Shown one piece after another: positions 33,640 through 39,150 of a DNA stretch of 39,150 bases (position 1 is its first letter; every line of letters starts with the position of its first letter). The DNA lies in the NCBI GenBank assembly GCA_964549295.1, contig CAZJUU010000001.1, positions 1 to 39,150 on the forward strand, written 5' to 3'. Under the pieces are notes generated by a model, which saw only the letters and a program-made list of their open reading frames with translations, did no database searches and was not told the origin of the DNA. The translations under genes and the position numbers were made by a program. The DNA comes from an uncultured Candidatus Bathyarchaeia archaeon (GTDB taxonomy: Archaea > Thermoproteota > Bathyarchaeia > 40CM-2-53-6 > CAVXDP01).

Positions 33640-35082
33640 ATGTCAGAACCTGCCTACCGACCATTCCTCTCAAAAATCCGAGAAGCTCGAGACTTCATTC
33701 TAGACGAGACGAAGAAGAACTCCAGACTTCTCATTCTAACCCACTTTGATGCAGATGGACTAGCTGCGGGTGGAATTATCGGAAAAACACTTATGCGAAT
33801 TGGTTCAACCTTTCAAATGAGAACAGTCAAACAACTTGACGAAGAGACTATATCAGAAGCACTGACGGTGGAGCCGGACGCCGTAATATTCTCTGAAACT
33901 GGGAGCGGGTACCTAGACACTATAGGGAAAGCTCTGAAGAAGCAGAAAGGTCTCGTCCTAGACCATCACAAGCCTCTGGGACAAACCCCGTCAAATATAG
34001 TCCACATAAACCCGCATGAGTACGGGATAGATGGTGCAAGAGACCTAAGCGGTTCAGGGGTAGTCTACCTCGCAGCAAAAACGATCGATGAATCGAATGT
34101 GGACTTGTCGTCACTCGCTGTTGTCGGCGCCCTAGGGGACATGCAGGACAAGAATGAGAAACGGACACTTCGTGGAGTGAATCAAATCATAGTTGACGAC
34201 GCCGTGAAGAATGGGTTGATGAGAACCGATACTGATCTCATACTCTACGGAAGAGAAACGCGACCAATACATAAGGCTCTGGCCTTCACAACCAATCCTT
34301 TCCTTCCCGGATTATCAGGCGAAGAGGACAAGTGTCTTGCACTGTTGTCTTCCGCCGGTATTCCTCTGGAAAATGAGGGTAAATGGAGAAGTGTCGCTGA
34401 TCTTTCGTTAGAGGAGAAGCAGAACCTTCTGACCAAGATAATTCAACACATTGCCTCCTTGGGATTCCCAGGAAATGTTGCCTTGAACTTGATTGGTACA
34501 AGTTACACGCTAATTCATGAGCAGAAGTCAACTCAGCTTCGAGACGCGAGGGAATTCTCATCTCTTCTAAACGCCTGTGGGCGAATGCGCAAACCAGGCA
34601 TAGCGCTCCAAATTTGCCTAGGAGAAAGAGGAGCTATTCTGGATGAAGTTCAACAATTGGTGCTGGAGTATCGACAGACATTGGCAAAGTATGTTGATTG
34701 GTTGACTCAGGCGCGTGAGAAAATAGTTGAGTTGAAGACTGTGTACGTCGTTCACGGCGAAGGCATAGTAGATGACAATATGACTGGTGCAATATCATCA
34801 ATGGTCTCGTCCGCAGGGATTCTGGGAACCGACAAAGCTCTGATAGTGCTCGCAAGAACCTCCCGCGGTAAGATCAGGGTCTCAGCAAGAGCCCCGAGAG
34901 TGCTCATTGAGAAGAACGTGAACTTGGATCTCGCGTTGCGAGAATCCGCTCAGAAAGCGTCAGGCATAGGAGGAGGTCACGATGTGGCGGCGGGAGCCCA
35001 GGTACCTGAAGACAAGCTTGAGGGCTTCCTGAGAGACGTTGACGAAACAATCTTGAATCAGATGAGTCTGAGCAAGAGTTGA
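33640..35082 (+). CDS. DHH-superfamily RecJ/GAN-like protein
   Basis: LILTHFDADGLAAGGI (DHH motifs I and II), LVLDHH (motif III) and GIGGGHDVAAGA (DHHA1 GGGH) are present. It immediately follows rps15, as in many archaea. Confidence 0.8.
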   Translation: MSEPAYRPFLSKIREARDFILDETKKNSRLLILTHFDADGLAAGGIIGKTLMRIGSTFQMRTVKQLDEETISEALTVEPDAVIFSETGSGYLDTIGKALKKQKGLVLDHHKPLGQTPSNIVHINPHEYGIDGARDLSGSGVVYLAAKTIDESNVDLSSLAVVGALGDMQDKNEKRTLRGVNQIIVDDAVKNGLMRTDTDLILYGRETRPIHKALAFTTNPFLPGLSGEEDKCLALLSSAGIPLENEGKWRSVADLSLEEKQNLLTKIIQHIASLGFPGNVALNLIGTSYTLIHEQKSTQLRDAREFSSLLNACGRMRKPGIALQICLGERGAILDEVQQLVLEYRQTLAKYVDWLTQAREKIVELKTVYVVHGEGIVDDNMTGAISSMVSSAGILGTDKALIVLARTSRGKIRVSARAPRVLIEKNVNLDLALRESAQKASGIGGGHDVAAGAQVPEDKLEGFLRDVDETILNQMSLSKS

Positions 35083-35330
35083 AAGCTGTTATCAAGTTAA
35101 TTGTCGAGAACGTTAGAAAGGCTCGGTCACTGTTTCGTGCGACGATTCCCGACAATGTCTCTACACCCAAGTACCTTCACATGAGATCTCTCATTAGAGG
35201 TAGACAGATCATCTTCACTGTTGAAACCTCAAGATTGGACACTCTCGTGTCAACTGTTGACGACCTGTTATCATGCATCCAAGGCGCAGAAAAGTCCATG
35301 ATTGCCATAAAGAGGTCTGACACAACATAG
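35079..35330 (+). CDS. pcc1: KEOPS subunit Pcc1-like protein
   Basis: 83 aa. The pattern of alternating strands, ...A..LFRATIPD..., and ETSRLDTLVSTVDDLLSCIQGAEK resembles Pcc1 (compare KATD..ALRGTVNSYLRWI). The TTG start overlaps the RecJ-like stop as TTGA. Confidence 0.55.
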   Translation: MKAVIKLIVENVRKARSLFRATIPDNVSTPKYLHMRSLIRGRQIIFTVETSRLDTLVSTVDDLLSCIQGAEKSMIAIKRSDTT

Positions 35331-35358
35331 GCGAACATGATCCAAGGCAGTTGATGAA

Positions 35359-36645
35359 CTATTTCGTCCGTGGACTAATGCATGTGATGCCTGCATACGG
35401 AACCAGCGCTTCAGGCACCGTAACTGACCCATCTTCAGTCTGATAATTCTCAAGTATCGCTACGATTGTCCTTTCAACCGCCATGGCTGTACTGTTCAAT
35501 GTGTGAACAAATCTAGGCTTGTCGTTTGGGTTTTTCCGGCATCTGATATTAAGCCTTCTAGCTTGGTAGTCGGTACAATTACTACATGAAACCAATTCTC
35601 GGAATTTGCCTTGGCCTGGCAGCCAAACTTCAAGATCATACTTCTTGGCAGCTGTGACACCCAGTTCTCCCGAACAGACGTTAACAATTCTGTAGTGTAG
35701 ATCTAGTTTCTTGTAGATTTTTTCAACAGTGTCGATCATCTTCTCATGTTCGATCCAAGAGTCCTCAGGCCGTGTATACTTGAACATCTCCACCTTCTCA
35801 AACTGGTGAACTCTGAATATTCCTTTTGTGTCTCTACCATGGGCCCCTGCTTCAGTTCTGAAACATGTTGAGAATCCAGCATAGTAGAGTGGCAGAGATG
35901 ATTCATCTAGAATCTCTTCCATATGCATCGCTGCCAGTGGAATCTCAGATGTTCCAACGAGGCAAGCGTCCTCACCCTTAATCCAGTAGATGTCCTCCTC
36001 CCCTAGGGGAAGGAAGCCTGCACCAAACATTGCTCTCTCTTTGACGAGAACTGGTGGAATTACAAGAGTGAATCCCTCTTCTCTGAGAACGTCCAGGACC
36101 ATTCGGATCAGAGCAAATTCTAGAGTGACTGCTTCATTCTTCAGGTAGTAGAACCTCGCTCCTGAAACTTTTGCCGCTCTTTCAATGTCAATGAGATTCA
36201 GACGAAGTCCAATATCTATGTGGTCGCTCAGTTTGAAACCGAACCGAGGCTTATCCTTCCAAGCCCTGACTGGAACGTTGTCATTCTCGTCTCTGCCAGG
36301 TGGCACTGATTCATGCATCAGGTTTGGAAATCTGTGTAGAATCCAGTTGACTTTTTCTTCATTGGTAATCATTTGCGTTTCTAGTTCTTTGATTCTTCCG
36401 GGGATCGCCTTTGCTTCTGCGAGTTTGGCAGAAGCGTCTTCACCACGTCTCCGGAGTGCAGCTATTTCATCAGTGACAAGGTTTCTTGAGTGTCTGAGCT
36501 TGTCAATTTCAACTGTCAATTCTCTTCTTTTACAATCCTGTTCGAGAATCTGATCGACCCAGCCGACTTTTTCTTGAACTCCTCTTTTGATAAGGTCATT
36601 CTTCACAAGTTCCGGGTTCTCTCTGAGAATCCTTATGTCAAGCAT
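35359..36645 (-). CDS. serS: Seryl-tRNA synthetase
   Basis: MLDIRILRENPELVKNDL begins an N-terminal coiled-coil arm. Class II motifs are present: FRTEAG..GRDTKGIFRVHQFEKVE and TLNSTAMAVERTIVAILENYQ. Confidence 0.9.
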   Translation of the reverse strand: MLDIRILRENPELVKNDLIKRGVQEKVGWVDQILEQDCKRRELTVEIDKLRHSRNLVTDEIAALRRRGEDASAKLAEAKAIPGRIKELETQMITNEEKVNWILHRFPNLMHESVPPGRDENDNVPVRAWKDKPRFGFKLSDHIDIGLRLNLIDIERAAKVSGARFYYLKNEAVTLEFALIRMVLDVLREEGFTLVIPPVLVKERAMFGAGFLPLGEEDIYWIKGEDACLVGTSEIPLAAMHMEEILDESSLPLYYAGFSTCFRTEAGAHGRDTKGIFRVHQFEKVEMFKYTRPEDSWIEHEKMIDTVEKIYKKLDLHYRIVNVCSGELGVTAAKKYDLEVWLPGQGKFRELVSCSNCTDYQARRLNIRCRKNPNDKPRFVHTLNSTAMAVERTIVAILENYQTEDGSVTVPEALVPYAGITCISPRTK

Positions 36646-36803
36646 TCAGCCGACTTCCAGTTTCGTTCAGCAGTGAAACAGATTCGACAACGCTTCCTGC
36701 CTCACGCCTGTTATTCGTTTCTTTGCTTCTTTGCTTTGTCTTAAATACTATGATACTCGACGAATTCCATGGGCCCAAGCTTATAATGTGTTTGTGATGA
36801 TTA

Positions 36804-37424
36804 GTGGATGCCATGGCGGATTTTGCGGGTTGGCTTCTTGGTCTGATGAGGGCCGTTGGGAATCCATACGTTGGAGTCTTTCTAATTAGTCTCGTTGGCA
36901 ACCTTGCGGTTTTCTTTCCTATTCCGTACCTGTTGGTAGTATTCACGATAGCAATTGAGCTGGCGAGTATCAACATCTTCTTGCTTACTTTTTTTGGTGC
37001 ACTTGGAGCTACTATTGGAAAGTTTGTGAGCTATGGAATCGGGTTTGGAGGTAGACTTACTCTGGGGGAGAAATACAAGCGAAGGTTTGACGCTCTTCGG
37101 AAGGCATTGGGAGGCAGTCCATTCGTAGTGGTGCTTGCATTTGCTGCGACACCTCTGCCCGATGACCTGATTTTCATTCCTTTGGGTATGATTCGATACA
37201 GTCCGCTCAAAACCTTCATAGCTTGCTTGTTGGGGAAATTTGTTCTAACGTTCGTTGTCATATGGTCTGCGAGATTTTCAAGGCGGACTATCGCGTGGCT
37301 TTTTGGACCAGAAAATCCTATGATATGGATTGTCTCGGTTATTGTCGTGGTTGTGTTGACTGTAATTATGATAATGATCGATTGGGAAAAAATCATCACG
37401 AAGAGAACGATGGAAAAGATCTGA
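36804..37424 (+). CDS. DedA/VTT-domain (SNARE-associated) membrane protein
   Basis: 206 aa and polytopic. GNPYVGVFLISLVGNLAVFFPIPY.. and ..ATPLPDDLIFIPLGM are typical of YqaA/DedA-like proteins. The ATG at 36813 is a likely alternative start, about 25-30 nt after CTTATAAT. Confidence 0.6.
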   Translation: MDAMADFAGWLLGLMRAVGNPYVGVFLISLVGNLAVFFPIPYLLVVFTIAIELASINIFLLTFFGALGATIGKFVSYGIGFGGRLTLGEKYKRRFDALRKALGGSPFVVVLAFAATPLPDDLIFIPLGMIRYSPLKTFIACLLGKFVLTFVVIWSARFSRRTIAWLFGPENPMIWIVSVIVVVVLTVIMIMIDWEKIITKRTMEKI

Positions 37425-37534
37425 AGCGTCAACTTCAGTGAATTCTAAGCGATGGACAGTCTGTCAGCAAGCAACAGATATAAGAGACATAAATGTCTGT
37501 CAATGCCGTCGTTTGGTGAGAACCGAACAGTCAA

Positions 37535-38209
37535 GTGTGGATGACACGAATGTCAAAAGCAACCAAGAAAGTGCGGGACAAATGGCGGGCTAAGAACTGG
37601 TATTCCATATACACGCCATCATATTTTGGTGAGTTGAACGTGGCAAACGTTCCGGCCACTGACTCTTCCAATATTATGGGTAGAGTAATCGAAAACACTC
37701 TGTACGATGTTACTGGAGATTTCTCTCATCAGTCGACTAAACTGCACTTTCTTGTCGTGAGTCTGAAAGGCGAGAAAGCTGATACGATACTCAAGGGGCA
37801 CGAGTACTCTGCTGACTATCTCAGGAGTTTGGTTAGAAGGGGAAGTAGCAGAATCGATGGCATTTTCAATGCAACTTCAAAAGACGGTTACACGACCCGT
37901 GTCTCCGTTGTTGCCTTTGCTCGAGGCAGGGTGAAAGCTTCTCAGGAACATTTGATGAGAGACCTTATGGGAAAGATCGTAGAGGAGAAGGCTAAGAGCC
38001 TCAACTACGACCAACTGTCACATGAGATGGTTCTTGGAAAGATCGGCTCAGATATCTATAACATGGCGAAGAAGATAGTGCCTCTGAGACACGTTGGAGT
38101 GAGAAAATCTAGACTTCTTGTATTGCCTCCAGGAGTCATGGTCAAGCCCGGTGAGAAGAAGGAATCGTCGAAAAGGGAAGAACGGGTAACCGTAGAGCAA
38201 GAATCCTGA
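37535..38209 (+). CDS. rps3ae: 30S ribosomal protein S3Ae (S1e)
   Basis: KKVRDKWRAKNWYSIYTPSYFG, ...GRVIENTLYDVTGDFS and LRSLVRRGSSRIDG are present. The start is GTG 37535 or ATG 37550. Confidence 0.9.
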   Translation: MWMTRMSKATKKVRDKWRAKNWYSIYTPSYFGELNVANVPATDSSNIMGRVIENTLYDVTGDFSHQSTKLHFLVVSLKGEKADTILKGHEYSADYLRSLVRRGSSRIDGIFNATSKDGYTTRVSVVAFARGRVKASQEHLMRDLMGKIVEEKAKSLNYDQLSHEMVLGKIGSDIYNMAKKIVPLRHVGVRKSRLLVLPPGVMVKPGEKKESSKREERVTVEQES

Positions 38210-38283
38210 TTCTCTCTGTCTTGCGGTTACGTATCTGGCTTGCCTTCACAGCCAAGGTTTGATATCTTCGAGGATGCATTAGA

Positions 38284-38303
38284 TCCTCTCAACATTGAGA
38301 GGA
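38284..38303 (+). other. Perfect 9-bp inverted repeat in the rps3ae / phosphohexomutase intergenic region
   Basis: The sequence is tcctctcaa-ca-ttgagagga. It overlaps one of two GAGAGG direct repeats. The second GAGAGGG lies 5 nt before TTG 38322. Confidence 0.3.
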
Positions 38304-38321
38304 ATCTCTGAGAGGGCAGAA

Positions 38322-39150
38322 TTGTCGGGACTTTTCGGAACATCTGGAGTACGAGGGATCGTGAATCTGGAACTGACTCCAGAACTTGCTTTCAAAGTTG
38401 GACTTGCTGTTTCAACGTTGAAACGTGGAAAGAAAGTCGCAGTGGCACGTGACACGAGGCCTTCAGGTGTAATGCTTCTTTCAGCTCTGGTGTCAGGAGT
38501 GATCGCTGGGGGTTCAGATGCAATTGATTTGGGCATCTTACCTACGCCAGTTCTTGCTTATCTGACGCGAGCACTTCAATTTGATGTTGGTGCAATTATC
38601 ACGGCAAGCCACAATCCTCCTGAGTACAATGGAATAAAACTCTTTGATGGCAACGGTCTCGCCTACGGTCCACTTCAACGGTCCGCCGTCGAGAACGCCA
38701 TTAAATCAGCCAGGTTCACCATGGTTCCTTGGAACCACGTAGGCGCATTAGACTCAGTCAACGAGACAAGTCGCTACGTAGAAATGATTTGTAGAGAGGT
38801 TCATCTGAACAAGAAGTGGAATCTCGTTGTGGATCCAGGATGCGGGGCAGCGTATTCTCTGGCAGTCCACCTGCTTAAGATGCTTGGGTGCAAGGCTGTC
38901 TCGATCAACTCCCAACCTGATGGATTTTTTCCAGGAAGAAACCCTGAACCCTCCTCTGAATCTTTGAAGCCTCTATCGGCACTTGTTGCGCAATGTGGAG
39001 CCGACCTTGGAATCGCATATGATGGTGACGCAGATCGTGTTGCGTTCGTGGATGAGCGGGGGGACTTCATGTCGTTTGATCGTTCGCTAGCCGCCATGGC
39101 TGGATATTATCTGAAACAGAACTTAGGCGGCATCGTAGTGGCGCCTATCG
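38322..39150 (+). CDS. Phosphoglucomutase/phosphomannomutase/phosphoglucosamine mutase family protein (3'-truncated by window end)
   Basis: (M)SGLFGTSGVRGIVN, VARDTRPSG and the active-site loop AIITASHNPPEYNGIKL are present, followed by GVAYDGDADR-type IAYDGDADRV. This frame is not in the ORF track because it runs off the window. The antisense ORFs 38279..38536(-) and 38801..39097(-) are shadows. The start is TTG 38322 or TTG 38295. Confidence 0.85.
   Translation, partial: MSGLFGTSGVRGIVNLELTPELAFKVGLAVSTLKRGKKVAVARDTRPSGVMLLSALVSGVIAGGSDAIDLGILPTPVLAYLTRALQFDVGAIITASHNPPEYNGIKLFDGNGLAYGPLQRSAVENAIKSARFTMVPWNHVGALDSVNETSRYVEMICREVHLNKKWNLVVDPGCGAAYSLAVHLLKMLGCKAVSINSQPDGFFPGRNPEPSSESLKPLSALVAQCGADLGIAYDGDADRVAFVDERGDFMSFDRSLAAMAGYYLKQNLGGIVVAPI

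Noticed and set aside
36638-36976. A 112-aa minus-strand ORF spanning the serS / DedA intergenic region
   Set aside because: It is antisense to the DedA-like N-terminus and would begin inside it. It has low-complexity basic composition, and the region is better explained by divergent promoters (CTTAAATA at about 36741, CTTATAAT at about 36780).
1-39150. A scan of all intergenic gaps longer than 60 nt for tRNA-like T-loop (GGTTCGAATC-type) motifs, rRNA, SRP/RNase P-sized non-coding stretches and CRISPR-like spaced repeats
   Set aside because: None was seen. The largest non-coding gaps are about 185-220 nt and are AT-rich promoter regions. This was an eye scan only, so a covariance-model search (tRNAscan or Infernal-type) would be decisive.

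Overview
This window is a densely packed archaeal core-genome segment with about 47 CDS. I found no rRNA, tRNA, CRISPR array, integrase or transposase by eye, and no non-coding gap exceeds about 220 nt.

The archaeal assignment rests on archaea/eukaryote-specific genes:
- Ribosomal proteins L18e, L7Ae, S28e, L24e, S6e, S24e, S27ae and S3Ae.
- RNA polymerase subunits D/Rpo3, N/Rpo10 and E'/Rpo7, plus Spt4.
- Initiation factors aIF2-gamma and aIF5B.
- KEOPS subunits Kae1, Bud32 and Pcc1.
- A RecJ/GAN-like DHH protein.
- A mevalonate and ether-lipid block: MEMO1-like, mvk, fni, class-II-type hmgA, UbiA-type prenyltransferase and geranylgeranyl reductase.

The class-II HMG-CoA reductase weakly hints at a Thermoplasmatota- or Archaeoglobi-like lineage, but the lineage cannot be fixed from this window.

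Gene organisation is very compact. Start/stop overlaps of the ATGA and TTGA type are common, TTG and GTG starts are frequent, and convergent genes sit 0-28 nt apart.

The one clearly non-housekeeping insert is a translationally coupled two-gene operon on the minus strand (16355..20093). It encodes an unusually long NurA-like nuclease with a winged-helix-like insertion, and a HerA-like FtsK/HerA-family ATPase. No mre11 or rad50 lies nearby. The operon has its own TATA-like element and a palindrome over the predicted transcription start, and a 120-aa orphan ORF lies upstream. This is my best candidate for an undescribed nuclease/translocase module.

Secondary oddities:
- An S24e with a roughly 85-aa K/E/P/A-rich tail.
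- A HIT/B-box-like zinc finger fused to a DUF131-like membrane protein, with a tandem paralog.
- An orphan Lrp-TRASH regulator behind a structured intergenic region.
- A DUF2070-like membrane protein with His/Asp motifs next to the lipid genes.

All calls rest on reading the translations and the DNA. No database search was run.
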